Of a stretch of 64,000 nucleotides of DNA, positions 37,567 to 52,500 are shown piece after piece. The notes beneath the pieces were generated by a model, which was not told the DNA's origin, did no database searches, and saw only the letters and a list, made by a program, of their open reading frames with translations. Origin of the DNA: an uncultured Planctomycetota bacterium (lineage in GTDB: Bacteria > Planctomycetota > Planctomycetia > Isosphaerales > Isosphaeraceae); the NCBI GenBank assembly GCA_963737655.1, contig CAVTTN010000002.1, forward strand, positions 4,096,001 through 4,160,000, given 5' to 3'. The position numbers and the translations under genes are program-made. Position 1 is the first letter of the stretch. Each line of letters begins with the position of its first letter.

Positions 37567-40500
37567 ATGAGCAAGCGTCCCGATCGCGTCCGGACGGATA
37601 AGAAGACTCGTCGCGCGCTGGCCCAGCGCCTCTTCGTCGAGCAGATGGAGCCGCGGCAACTCCTCTCGGTGGTGAAGTTTACGGTGAACAGCACCGGGGA
37701 CACCGGCGGCATGCCGGACATGAACAACAAGGGCACGCTCCGCCAGGCAATCGACGGCGTGAATGCCCTGACGGGGGGGGATACCGGCGAGATCGACTTC
37801 GCGATCGCCGCCGGGCCTTTCACCATCACCCCGGGGGCGGCGAACCCCCTGCCGGCCCTCACGAATCAAGTTTTCATCGATGGATATTCGCAGACCGGTG
37901 CGTCGAGGAATTCCAACGCGATCGGCGCGGCAGACAATGCGGTCATCCTGATCGCCTTGAGCGGCACGAACCTTGGCAGTTCCGACTCTCTTCTCGAATT
38001 CGACGCCGGAGGCGCCGGAAGCACACTTCGAGGCCTGGCGATCGGCGGGGGGGCCCAGACCAATGGCGTTTATCTGAACGCAACGTCCAATGTCGTGGTC
38101 GTAGGCAATTTCCTCGGGACCAACGCCGCCGGGACTGCCGCGAATCCCAATGCCGAAGGCGTTCTGATCAAGGGCGGCTCGAACAATACCATCGGGGCGG
38201 TGGCGGGCGCGTCCACGGCACCGGACCTCAACGTCATTTCCGGGAACTCCGACGCCGGCATCGACCTGATGGCCACCACCGGCAACCGGATCACGGGGAA
38301 TTACATCGGGACCGCCGCGACCGGGACGTCGGGCCTGGCCAACCAGAAGGATGGCGTGGCCCTTCACGGCACATCCACGAACAACACCATCGGGGGGGCC
38401 GGCCCGCTCGGGAGGAACGTGGTTTCGGGCAACGACGCCGATGCCGGAGGGACGTCGAGCCACGGGCTCTTCCTTGCTGACGCCTCCGTCGCGAACAACC
38501 TGATCTCTCACAACTATGTCGGCACGAACGCCGCGGGGACAGGGGCGGTCCCCGACACCCAGGGGATCGTCGCCGAGGGACCCGGCAACACCCTCAGCGG
38601 CAACGTGGTCGCGGGCATCAGTCAGTTTGGCATCGGCTTCTTCACGGCCGGGGTGACTTCGGGCCTCGTCATCGGCAATTTCATCGGGACGGACCCCACC
38701 GGCACGACCAAGATCGCCAACGGGGCCGACGGCATCGCCCTGTTCCAGGGGGCCAATCACGTCACGATCGGCGGCCTGGCGACGACGACCGGCGCCTCGC
38801 CGGGCAACGTGATCTCGGGGAGCACCCCGGGCGTCAACATCCACGACACCGGGACCACCGCCAACGTGGTCCTCGGCAACCTGATCGGCACGGATTCGTC
38901 CGGGACCTCGGCGCTCGGCAATAGCACCGGGATCTTTATGACGGCCTCGGGCAATACCGTCGGGGGCACGGTCTCGGGATCGCGCAACGTGATCTCCGGC
39001 AACACCGGGGCCGGCGTGGCCCTGGTCACGAACGGGACGGTCCCCTCCAACAACGTGATCCTGGGCAACTACATCGGCACGGACATCTCGGGGGCGTCGC
39101 TCGTCCCGAATTCGACCGGGGTGGTCCTCTCGGGCGGTGCGAACGGGAACCTCATCGGCGGATCGGTCTCCGGCGCGGGCAACGTGATCTCCGGCAACGA
39201 TAACGCCGGGATTTCGATCAGCGGCTCGATGACGACGGGCAACGCGATCCAGGGCAATCGGATCGGGACCGACGTCGCCGGCACCTCGGCGATCCGCAAC
39301 GGGCTGGCCGGCGTCTCTCTGGACGGTGACGCGAGCAACACGATCGGCGGGACGGCTTCGGGCTCCCGAAATGTGATCTCGGGGAATAACGGAGTCGGCG
39401 TCTCCATTTTCGGAGGGGCCGCCGGCGACGTGGTCCTGGGCAATTACATCGGGTTGGATACCAACGGCACCTCGGCGCTGCCGAATTCGACGAATGGAGT
39501 CGTACTGGCCACCGGGGCGACCTCGAACACAATCGGGGGCACGGCGACCGGCTCCGCGAACGTGATCTCGGGCCAGGCCGACGCCGGCATCGACGTCGAG
39601 TCCTCGTCCAATGAGATCGCCGGCAACTTCCTGGGCACGAATGCCGCCGGAGACGCCGCGGTCCCCAACGGGACCTTCGGCATCCTCGTGAACGCGACGG
39701 GCACCACCATCGGAGGTTCGGCCACCGGATCGGGGAACGTAATCTCCGGCAACGGCATTCACGGGATCGACATCAAGGCCGCATCCACCCTGGTCCAGGG
39801 GAACCGGATCGGCACGAACGCGGCGGGGACGGCGGCGGTCTTCAACGGCACCGGCATGACGGGCTCGGGCATCCTCATCGAGGCGACCGGCGCGACGATC
39901 GGAGGGTCGGCCAGCGGTGCCGGCAACCTCATCTCGGGCAATTTGAGCGAGGGCATCGACATCGAGGCCGCCTCCGCCCTGGTGCTCGGCAACTCGATCG
40001 GCACCAACGCCGCGGGGACCGGCGGCATCGCCAACGGGGACAACGGCATCCTGGTCGCCGCCGACGGGAACACGATCGGCGGATCGGTCGCCGGCGCCGG
40101 CAACGTGCTCTCGGGCAACACCAAGTACGGGATCAATGTGCAGGCCGGGAGCCAGGTGATCCTCGGCAACCTCGTGGGGACGAACGCGACCGCCACGGCG
40201 GCCGTGGGCAACCATGACGGGATCCGGATCGACGGGGCTTCGACCGCCAACACCATCGGCGGGGCGGGCGCCGCGGGCAACACGATCTCGGGCAACGGCG
40301 ATCACGGGCTCGACCTCTTCACCTCGTCGAACCTCGTCGTCGGCAACAAGATCGGCCTCCTCGACACGGCGCATCCCACGCTCGGCAATGGCGGGTTCGG
40401 CATCGATGTCCAGGGGTCATCCAACACCATCGGGGCCGCGGGCGTCGGCAACACGATCAACGGCAACGCGACCGACGGCACCTACATCCAGGGCAGCTCG

Positions 40501-43500
40501 AACCTCGTCCAGGCGAACTATTACGGCACAGACGGCTCCGGGTCCTCGGGCCTGGGCAATGGGGGCGCCGGGGTCGATATCAACACCGGCTCGAACAACA
40601 CCATCGGCGGATCGACGGCGGCAACTCGCAACGTGATCGCCAGCGGCGGGCTTGCGGGTATCCGGCTTGAGAACGGGTCGAACCTCGTCGTCGGCAACCT
40701 GATCGGGCTGGACCCCTCCGGGACGACGGCCCTTCCGAACGGGGACCAAGGGGGCATTGATATCGAAACCGCGTCGGTCGGCAACACGATCGGCGGGACC
40801 GTCTCCGGGCTGAGCAACACGATCTCGGGCAACAGCACCTTTGGGATCGTCGTGCAGTCGTCCTCGAATCTGATCCAGGGCAACCTGATCGGATCGAACG
40901 GCTCGAAGGGCGCGGGGCTAGGGAATTTGGTGTCGGGGATCGTGATCGGTTTGGGGACCGGCAACACGATCGGCGGGACGGTCGCCGCGGCGGCCAACGT
41001 GATCGTGGCGAACCAGTTGGGAGGCATCCAGGTCGCGACGGGCCCGAACCTGGTCGCGGGGAACCTGATCGGCCTGTTCGCCGACGGCACGGTCCTCGGG
41101 AACACCGGCTTCTCGAACCAAGGTAACGGCGTGAGCGTCGGTGGCGTGACGGGCGTGACGATCGGCGGGGCCTCGGCGGCTTTCGCGAACACGATCGCCG
41201 GCAACACCGCCGCCGGGGTTCGAGACCCCAACAGCTCGACCGGGCTGGTGGTGGAGTCGAATTCCATCTTCTCCAACGGCGGCCTGGGCATCGACCTCGG
41301 CTCGGCCGGTGTCACGCCCAACGGCACGGCCGGGATCACCAACTACCCCGTTTTCCAGGCGTTCTGGAACCCGACGACGAGTCTCGCGGCGTTTTCCGGG
41401 ACGTTCATCGGCTCGCCGAACACGTCGTACACGCTCCAGTTCTTCTCCGACCCCAGCCCCGACGGCTCCGGCCACGGCGAGGGCAAGACGCTCCTGGCCT
41501 CGCAGACGGTCATGACCGACGGCTCGGGTCAGGCCGTGTTCCTGATCACCGAGTCCGCCAACCCGATCACGATCGGCACCGTGGTCTCAGCCACAGCCAC
41601 CGAGCCGACGCTCGGCACCTCGGAATTCGCCCTGAACAGCACCACGGCCGACCTCCGGTACACCGTTCTCTCGACGGCCGACACCGCGACCCCGGGCACT
41701 CTGCGGACGGCCCTCATCAACGCGAACGCCTCCGGCACTGCCCAGACGATCCTCTTCGCGATCCCCGACCTTGACGGCACCCCCAAGGTCATCCAGCTCA
41801 CATCGGCCCTGCCGGCGATCACTCAAAAAATCGATCTCAACGGCTATTCCGAATCGGGCGCCTCGGCCAATACGAATCCCCTCAACCAGGCGGATAACGC
41901 GGTCCTCAAGGTCGTCCTGGACGGTTCGAACCTCGCCTCGACGAACCAGTACGGCCTCCAGTTCGCCACCGGAGGGATCGGCTCGACCATCCGAGGTTTG
42001 GCGATCGTCGGGTTCGGCACGACCGGATCGGCGGCCATAGAGCTGGATTCGGACGCCACGGGGACTCACTCCCTGATCACCGGCGTGTTCCTGGGCCTGA
42101 ACCCGGACGGGACGACGACGAACGCCGCGAATACCACGGGTGTCCTGGACAACGCCAACGGCGTGGTGATCGGCGGGACGACCCTGGCTGATCGCGTGGT
42201 CGTCTCGAACAACACCGGCGTGGGCCTGATCCTGAACGGGTCCGGAGGGCTGGTCCAGGGGGCATTCCTCGGCCTTTCCGTCGATGGCACGACAACGCAC
42301 GGCAACCCGATCGGCGTGATGGTCTCGGGAGATTCCGCGACGATTGGCGGGACGGCGGCCGGCTCGGGAAATCTTTTCGCGGGCGCAACCACGGAAGGGT
42401 TGAACCTCGCCTCCAACGGCGACCTCGTCGAGGGCAATAGCTTCGGCTTCGACGCCGCGGGGACTTCCAGCCTCCCCAACCAGATCGCCGTCCTCGTCTC
42501 GGCCGGCACGGCCAGCTCGATCGGAGCGACCGTCGCCGGCGCCGGCAACGTCATCGCGAACAGCGGCGGCGACGGGATCAAGCTGACCTCGGCGAGCACC
42601 CCCGGGACCTTGATCCTCTCCAATTCGATCTTCGCCAACGGCGGCCTGGGGATCGACAACAAGGCCCTCACCCCTCCCGTCCCGTCGATCACCTCCGCCT
42701 ACCATTTCTCGGACAAATCGATCCTCGAAGGGACGCTCCAGGGCGCCGCGAGCACCTCGTACATCGTCCAGTACTTCGATAACGCCTCGGGCGTCTCGGG
42801 TCAGGGGAAGACCCTGCTGGGGACCGAGGTCTTGACCACCGACGCCACGGGCTCGGCGACGATCTCGGCCACGGTCGGCGCGATCGCCCTGGGGGACGTG
42901 GTCACGGCCACGGCCTCCGAGACGACCAACGGCACCTCGAACTTCTCGACGGCCGCCGTGGTCGTCGATGCCCTGAAGGTCACGAGCAACGCGGATTCCG
43001 GGGCCGGGTCGCTCCGCCAGGCGATCGTCAACGCGAATCGCGACACCGCGCCCAACACCACGATCACCTTCGGGCCCGGTCCGTTCGCGATCCAGCCGAC
43101 GACCCCCCTGCCGACCCTGACCCATCCGGTCCTGATCGACGGTTTCAGCGACGGCACCTCCTCGCAGAACACGGCCGACACCTCGCACGCCTCCAACGCG
43201 TCCATCGACATCTTCCTGGATGGGGCGCTGGAGGCCGGCGGGTCGAAGGTGGGCCTGGATTTCGGCCCGGGGGCGGTCGGGAGCACGGTCCGGGGGCTGG
43301 CCATCGGCGATTTCGCCTCGGCGGGAATCCTGGTGGACCCGTCCGGCGGGTCGATCACGATCGCGGGCGACTACCTCGGCACCGATGCCTCGGGCAACGT
43401 CGCCAAGGCCAACGGCGTGGGGGTGAGCGTCTCGGCCGGCGCGACCGGCGTGACCATCGGCGGTTCCTCGCCGGCCTCAAGGGTCGTGATCGCCGGCAAC

Positions 43501-46500
43501 AGTGGCGCGGGGATCGTCCTGGCCGGAGCCTCGGACGTCGTCGAGGGGGATTTCCTCGGCCTGGGCGCCAACGGATCGGCCCTCGGCAACGGTGGCGACG
43601 GCGTCAGCATCTCGGGCGCGAGCAACACGATCGGCGGGACGTCGGCCGCGCTCCGCGACGTGATCTCCGGCAACCTGGGGAACGGGATCTCGATCTCGGG
43701 CTCGCCGGCGCAGTTCAACGTGATCGTGGGCGATTACATCGGCACGGGCCTGCTCGGGACCTCCGCCGTCCCCAATGCGTTTTCGGGCGTGAACGTGGCC
43801 TCCGGGGCGACGTTGAACACGATCGGCGGGGTCATTAGCCTGGGTTTCGGCGACGTGATCGCCGGCAACACCGGGGCCGGCGTGACCTTCCAGGGGATGG
43901 GCACGTCGTCCAACCTGCTCGCCGGCAGCTTCATCGGCACCAACTCCACCGGAGGCGTGGCCCTGGCCAACTCGGGCGGGGGCGTCAAGGTCTTCAACCT
44001 CGACTCGGGCGAGACGATCGGCGGGAGCAAGGCCTCGGGCCTGGGCAACGTGATCTCCGGCAACGCCGGCTCGGGCATCCTGATCGACCCGACCTCCGGC
44101 GACGTGATCCAGGGGAACCTCATCGGCCTGGCCGCCGACGGGACGACCCCGCTGAATAACGCCGTGAACGGGATCTACGTCCTCGACTCGACCAGCATCA
44201 CCATCGGCGGATCGGCGGCGACGGGCAACGTGATCTCGGCCAACGGCGCGGCGGGGGTCCGAGTCGAGGGTTCCGGCGCGATCGTGATCGCCGGCAACCT
44301 GATCGGCACGGACAAGACGGGCCTGGTGGCCCGGGGGAACGTGGCTGGAGGCGTGGTCGTCCTGGACGACGTTGCGAACGTCGGGTCGTCGGCCATCACG
44401 ATCGGCCCGGACAACGTGATCTCGGGGAACTCCGACGAGGGCGTCCTGATCCAGGGGCCGTTCACCACCGGGGTGACCGTCTCGGGCAACACGATCGGCC
44501 TGGCGAGCGACGGCTCGACCCTCCTGGGGAACGTCCAGGGCGCGACCCGCAACGGCGAGGGCCTGGACCTGATCAACACGTCCGGGAACCTGATCGGCGG
44601 ATCGTCTGGGAACGTGATCTCCGGAAACAACGGCGACGGCATCGCCTTCTCGGCCAACGCGAAGCAGAACCTTGTTCAAGGAAACACGATCGGCCTCGAT
44701 TCCACCGGGACGGCCGCCCGCCCCAACGGCGGCGATGGGGTGGACGTCCTCTCGGGCGACGGAAACACGATCGGCGGCCTGTCGGCGGCGTTCCGCAACG
44801 TGATCTCCGGGAACAGCAAGGATGGCCTGGGGCTGTTCACCTCCAATGACCTGGTGATCGGCAACTATCTGGGCACCACTGGTGCGGGCACGGCCGCCCT
44901 GGGCAATGGGCGCTCGGGGGTCGTTGTCGGGGGGAATAACAACACGGTCGGCGGCTCGACGACGGCCGGCGCCGGCAACGTGATCTCCGGCAATCAAGGC
45001 TCGGGCGTGGCGGTCACCAGCACGGGCGTCGTGGTCGCCGGCAACTTCATCGGCCTGAGCGCCTCCGGGGCGTCCAAGCTCGGCAACACGCTGGACGGCG
45101 TGACGGTGGCCTCGGGTGCCTCGGCCACGATCGGCGGGAGCACGGCCGACCTGGCCAACCACGTCGGCGGCAACGCCCGAGACGGCATCCGCCTGACCGG
45201 CACCACGAACATCCTCGTCCAGTCCAACCTCGTCGGCACCGACGCCAGCGACTCGGCGTCGCTCGGAAACACGGCGATTGGGATCAATCTGACCGCCGGC
45301 TCGACCGGCAATACGATCTCCGGCAACACGATCGGTCACAGCGGGACCAGCGGCGTCCTCGTCTCCGGCGACCAGAACCTGATCTCCGGGGGGCGGATCG
45401 ACCACAGCGGAGGGTTCGGCGTCTCCATCCCGGGCGGCTCCAACACGGTCTCGGGCCTCACTTCGACGAACAACCAGGGCGGAGTGCTGATCCAGGGCAG
45501 CTCGAACCTGGTCGCCTCCAGCGCGTTGACCAACAATTCGACGGGCGGCGGTGCAGGGGTTTCGATCTCGGGAGGCTCGGCAAACACGATCGGCGGGGCC
45601 CTGGGTTCGACGGGCGACACGATCACCGGGAACGCGGACGGCGTGTTGGTCGGCTCGGCCATGAACCTGATCGTCGGCAACACGATCCGCCTGAACACCG
45701 CCTCGGGCGTCCATGTGACGGCCGCGGGCGTCACGGTCGGAGGGACGACCTCCTCGGCGGCCAATCAGATCGGCTCCAACTCGGTCGATGGCGTGAGGAT
45801 CGATGCGGCCACCGGGGCCGTGGTCGTCGGCAACTTCCTCGGTGTGAAGTCCGACGGCACGACGGCCGACGGCAACACCGGGGCCGGGATTTCGGTCGTC
45901 TCCGGCGGCTCCAACAACTTCGTGGGCGGGGCCGCGACCGGCTCGGGCAACATCATCGCCCACAACGGCGGCCCGGGCGTCTCGCTCGGCGGCGGCCTGA
46001 ACCTCGTCGCCGGCAACTCGATCACGGCGAACGCAACCGGCGGCGTCCTCGTCGCGGCCGGCACCGGCAACACGATCGGCGGGACGGTCGCGACGGCCTC
46101 GAACCTGATCTCCGGGAATACCGGGGTCGGGGTCGAGGTCGATGCGGCCGGGACGCTCGTGATTGGCGACCTGGTCGGCACGAGCCTCGATGGCAAGACG
46201 GCCTTCCCGAACACCGGCGACGGCGTGAAGATCACGGCGGGATCGGCGACGATCGGCGGCACCTCGGGCGCGGGCGATACGATCTCGGGCAACTCGGGTG
46301 CGGGCGTTCATGTCGTGGGGACCTCGGGTGCCCTGATCGCCGGGAACCTGATCGGCGTCTCCGGGAGCGGGAATGCGGCCCTGGGGAACGCGCTCGGCGG
46401 GGTGATCGTCGATGGCTCGACCGGCGTGACCATCGGTGTGGGGAACGTGATCGCCGGAAACGCCGTGGTCGGCGTGGCGTTCCTGAACTCCGCGAACAAC

Positions 46501-49500
46501 GGCCTGGTCACGGGCAACACGATCGGCCTCGGCTCCGACGGCTCGACGCTGCTCGGCCAGCCGATCGGGGTGAGGCTCGACGCCTCCTCGGGGGTCAGCG
46601 TGGGCGGGTTGACCGCCCTGACCCGCAACCTGATCTCGGGTAACGCGACGGGTGTCTCGGTCTCCGGGACGACGGTCAACGACCTGGTCTTCGGCAACTA
46701 TCTCGGCACGAATTCGACCGGGCTGGCGGGCAAGGCAAACACGACGGCCGATCTCGCGATCGCCTCGGGCAGTTCCGGGACGACGGTCGGAGGGACGGCG
46801 GCGGGCTCCGGCAACCTGGTCGATTCGTCGGCGGTCGGGCTGTCGATCGCCGGCTCGTCGAACGTCGCGATCGGCAACTCGATCGGCCTCGGGGCCGACG
46901 GCTCGACGGCCCTGGGCAACTCTCAGGGGATCGTGATCTCCGGGGCCTCGAACACGATCGGATCGGCGGGCGCCTCGTCGTTCAATGTGATCGTCAACAG
47001 CAGCTCTCAGGGGGTTCAGATCACCGGAGGCTCGGCGACCTCGAACATCGTTTCGGGGAACCTGATCGGGCTTCTCTTCAACGGCACGGCGGCGGCGAAC
47101 GCCACCGGCGTGCAGATCTCCGGCGGGGCGTCGGGAAACACGGTCGGCGGGGCGTCGGCCGGGACCGGCAACACGATCTCGCGAAATACCGGCAACGCAG
47201 TACTGATCTCGGGAGCGTCGGCGAACCTGGTCGCCGGCAACCTCGTCGGCCTCGGAACGAGCGGGACGACGCTCGCGGCGAACGGCTCGGACGCGATCGT
47301 CCTCTCGGCGGCGACGAACAACACGATCGGCGGACCGTCTTCCGGCTTCGCGAACGTCGTCGCCGGGAACGGGACGCACGACGGCATCCTCTTGACCGGC
47401 GCCGGGACTTCGGGCAACTCGGTCCAGAGCAACCTTGTCGGCGCGAACAACACCGGGACCGTCGCCTTCGGGTTCGCCTCGGCGATTGCCGCGAATTCCT
47501 CGGCCGCGAGCAACACGATCGGAGGCGCCGGCGCGGGGAACCGGGTGCTCGGATCGGCCGGGCCGGGCGTGCTGATCACCAACGCCAGCACAATCCTCGT
47601 CGCGGGCAACACCATCGGAGGGGCGGGTTCGCTGGCCAACGGCTCGGGAGTGTCGATCTCCGGGGCCTCGACGGGCACCACGATCGGCGGATCGGCGGGC
47701 AACCTGATCGCCGGGAACTCGGGCGACGGCCTGATCGTCTCGGGCGGCTCGGTGATGACCACGGCTGTTTCGGGCAACACCATCGGCGGCTCGCTCTCCA
47801 ACGGCGGAAATGGCGTCCACCTGACCGGCGCCCCGGTCGGCGTGACGATCGGAGGGGCGAGCACCGCGTCGCTCAACGTGATCTCGGGGAACTTGGGATA
47901 CGGAGTCGAGGTCGATGGCGGCTCCTTGTATGTGATCGCCTTCAACGCGATCGGCGTGGATTCTACCGGAAGCAAGGCCCAGGGTAACGCCCTGGGCGGC
48001 CTCTATTTGAATCAGGCGAGCAACGTGCTCGTCGGGCCGGGGAACGTGATCTCGGGGAACACCGGTGACGGCGTCTTCCTCCAGGGAGGCTCGGCGAATG
48101 TCGTCCGGGGCAACCTGATCGGCCTCACGTCCGATGGCAAGAACGCCGTGGGCAATTCCGCGGCCGGGGTCGAGGTCGCCGACTCCTCGAACAACACGAT
48201 CGGCGGCGCCTCGGGCTCGACCAACTTCATCGCGGGGAACGTGGCGGGGATCTCGATCCACAAGACGCAATCGGTGGCGACGGGGAACGTCGTCGTCGCC
48301 AACCAGCTCGGTACCGACCAACAGGGCATCACGCCGTTCCCCAATACGGGCGACGGCATCGTGGTGACCGGCGCGACGGGGACGACGATCGGCGGGGTTG
48401 GGACGCTCCGCAATCTCATCCAGAACAGCGGGGGGGCCGGCGTCCATTTCGTCGGCGGGGCCACCGGGACGATCCTCGGCAACCTGATCGGCACGAACCA
48501 GTCCAACTTCTCGACGTTCGGCAACACGCTCCAGGGTGTCCTGATCGACGGCAACTCGCCGACGGGGATCGGCGTCGTCGGCAACTCGATTTCGGGCAAC
48601 GGGGCGGATGGGATCAAGGTCCAGGGTGCCTCGGGCGTCTCGATCTCCTCGAACGTGATCGGGCTGGACGTGAGCTTCAGCGCGGCTCTTCACAACGGCG
48701 GAGACGGCGTCTACTTGCTGGACTCGACCGGGACATTCGTCGGCGGGTCGGGCCTCGGCAATACGATCTCGGGGAATTCCGGTTCAGGTGTTCACGTGAA
48801 GGGGGCGACCAGCTCCGCCGCCTCGAACGTGATCGCCGGCAACCGGATCGGCCTGAACGGTGCGGGAGGGATCGCGGTCGCGAACGCGATGAGCGGCGTC
48901 TTCGTCGAGTCGGCGACGGGCACGACCATCGGCGGCTCGGCCGCGGGGACCGGAAACCTGATCTCGGGCAACACGTTGTACGGGGTCCAGCTGTCTCTGG
49001 GCGGCGGCACGACGGTCCTCTCCAACACGATCGGGGCGAATGCGGCGGCGAACGGCTCGGTGGCCAACAGCATTGGCGTCGGGATCCTCGACTCGTCGAA
49101 CAATGCGATCGGCGCCATCGGTTCACCCAACGTGATCGCGGGCAACACCGGCGACGGCGTCCTGATCGTCCACGACGCGAGCGGGTCGGCCACGGCGAAC
49201 GTGATCGCCGGGAACCGGATCGGCACCATCCTCTCGGGGCTCTCCGCCCTGCCCAACGGCGGCAACGGCGTGTCCCTGGTGGGGACGGACGCCTCGGATG
49301 CTTCCTCGGACGTCGTCACGGGCAACCTGATCTCCGGCAACGGCGGGGACGGCCTGAAGTTCGCGAGCCTCTCCGGCGTCGCGGTCACGGCCAACACCAT
49401 CGGTGCGGACGCCACCGGCCTCCAGAAGATCCCCAACGGCTCCTCGGTGACGGAAGGCGTCCTCCTCAACACCACGACCATGGTGACGATCGGAGGGAGC

Positions 49501-52500
49501 ACGACCGACCTGAGCAACCAAATCTCGGGCAACGCCGGGATCGGCGTCCATGTGACCGGCGGTGGCAGCAACGTGATCGCCGGGAACGTGATCGGCCTGG
49601 GCTTCGGAGGGTCGGTCGCCTTGGCCAACGGCGGCGACGGCGTGAAGATCGATTCCTCCCCGGCGAACACCATCGGCGGGACGGCCCTGGCCGCCGCCAA
49701 TGCGATCTCCGGGAACTCGGGGGCGGGCATCGACGTCCTGACCTCCTCGGGCACGATCATCCTGGGCAACCGGATCGGCACCTCGAGCGCCGGCAGCTCG
49801 GCCGTCCCGAACGGCGGCGATGGCGTCCTCCTGACCAGCACCTCGCTGACGGTCATCGGCAACTCGTCCGCCGGCAACCTGATCTCGGGCGGCAAGGCCT
49901 ACGGCATCCACGACGTTTCCGGGAGCGGGACCACGATCGCGCACAACACGATCGGGACCGACCTGCTCGGCACGACGCCGCTGGGCAACACGCTCTCCGG
50001 CGTCTATCTCCAGAACACCACGAGCGACGTGGTGGGCGGGGCGTCGGGCCTGGGCAACCTGATCTCGGGCAACGGCGGGGCGGGAATCAGCATCTCGGGA
50101 TCGGCCGGCAATGGGCTCAACAGCGTCCTGGGCAATACCATCGGCCTTGGGGCTACGGGTTTGGCGTTGCCCAACGTCCATGGCGTGGCGATCTCGGGCT
50201 CGCCTTCGAACACGATCAGCTCGGGCAACATCATTGGTGGCAACAGCCAGGACGGCGTGATCGTGACCGGCGCATCGGCCATGGGAACGGTCATCGTTGG
50301 CAACCAGTTCGGGCTGAACTCGGCCGGACTGGCGGTCGGCAACGTCGCGGCGGGCGTGGAGATCGCCTCGCCGGGAGCCACGATCGGCGGATCGGCGGCG
50401 GGCCTGGGCAACACCGTCGGCGGAAACGCGGTGGGCATCCAGCTCGACGCGGCTTCGGGCGGGGCCGTGGTCCTCGGCAACTTCGTCGGCACCGATTCGG
50501 CGGGCGGCTCGGCCCGGCCCAACACGGTCGCCGGCATCGTCGTGAGGACGACCTCCGGCGGGGCGACGATCGGCGGATCGGGCCTCGCTCGAAACCTGGT
50601 CTCGGGCAACACCGGCTACGGAATCGAGCTCGACGCCGCGTCCTCAGTCCTGGTCCTCGACAACCTTGTGGGCACGAACCTCGCCGAGACGACCGCCCTG
50701 GCCAACGGCTCCGATGGCCTGTTCGCCCAGAACTCCTCGGCCAGCACGATCCGGGGCAACCTCGTCTCGGCCAACGGCGCCGACGGCATCCACCTCCTGA
50801 ATTCGACGAACGTCCTGATCGCCGGGAACCTCGTGGGGACGAATGCCTCGGGTTCGGCGGCGCTGGGGAACAAGTTGTCGGGGATCGAGGTGTCCGGCGG
50901 GAGTTCGGTGACCGTCGGCGGGACGGCGGTCGCAGACTCGAACCTGATCTCGGGCAACGCGGTCGGGGCCGGGATGTCCTTGACCGGGGGCCTCCTGATC
51001 TCCAAGGCCTCCGGCGTCCTGGTCGAGGGAAACAAGGTCGGGACGAACCTGGCCGGCACGGTGGCCGTGGCGAACTCGAATTACGGCGTGGTCCTGTTCG
51101 ACGCCACGAACGCGACGGTCGGCGGGACGACCACGCTGGGGTCGAACCTGATCAGCGGCAACGCCGGGCCGGGTGTTTATGTGTACGGCGACGCGGCCAA
51201 CATGTCGGTCGGCGACCTCGTCGCCGGCAACCTGATCGGCCTGAGCTCGTCCAACACGGCCCTGGCGAACCAGGGAGACGGCCTCCAGATCCTCAACGGG
51301 TCGCAGATCACCGTTGGCGGGGCGGCGGTCGGCGCGGGAAACGTGATCTCGGGCAACGCCGGCTCGGGCGTGGCGATCCTGCCGAACTCGTTCACGATCG
51401 CCCAGGGGAGCTTGCTCCTGGGCAACCGGATCGGCACCGATACGACCGGGACGACGGCCGTCGCCAACGGCGGCTCGGGCGTCTCGGTCCACAATTCCAG
51501 CAACACCACCATCGGCGGATCGGTCGCGGGCAACCTGATCTCCGGCAACGCGGCCGACGGCATCCTCATCTTCAACGACAGCAGCGGGTTCTCGAACTCG
51601 AACGTCGTCCTCGGCAACCGGATCGGCACCGACTTGACCGGGGCCTCGGCGCTGGGCAACGGCGGGTCGGGCGTCAGCCTCTCGGGAGGCGCGAACGGGA
51701 CGACCATCGGCGGGTCGGCGGGCAACGTGATCTCGGGCAACGCGGTCGATGGCATCGGCGTTCAGGGCGGCGCCCTGATCCTCGTCGCGAACAACCTGAT
51801 CGGCACCGACGCGACGGGCACCGCGATGCTGGGCAACGGCGTGAACGGGGTGGCCTTCTCGCAAACCTCGACCAGCACGATCCGGGGCAACACGATCGCC
51901 GGGAGCAAGGGCCTGACGCCTCCCTCGGGCTCGCGGCCGGGACCGGTAACGGCATCTATCTGCTCGGGCTGAACTCGGCCGGGTTGGATGCCCTGGGCAA
52001 CCTGATCGTCTCGAACAGGATCGGCACGAACTCCTCCGGGACCGCCTCGCTGGCGAACTCGGGCGATGGAATCCTCGCCGTCAGCACGCTTCAGACGACC
52101 ATCGGCGGGGCGTCCGCCGGCCTGGGCAACCTGATTACCGGGGCGACCGGGGGCAGCCTGGGCGCGGTGGTCATCGACGGTGGAGGCTCGGCCCTGATCG
52201 CCGGGAACTTCGTCGGCACCAACCTGACCGGGACCGCCGCCCTGGCCAGTTCGGGCATCGGCGTCCTGCTCTCGAACTCGACCGGGAACACGGTCGGCGG
52301 CCTCTCGGCGGGGGCCCGCAACCTGATCTCCGGCGACTCGACCGGCCTGGAGATCACCGGCGGGGCGACGGCGAACCTGGTCGTCGGGAATTACTTCGGC
52401 CTGAACGCCTCGGGCTCGGCGACGATCTCGGGCGGTTCGGGCGGCGACGTCCTGCTCCTGGATGTCTCGGGCAATACGATCGGAGGGACGGCCTCGGGAG

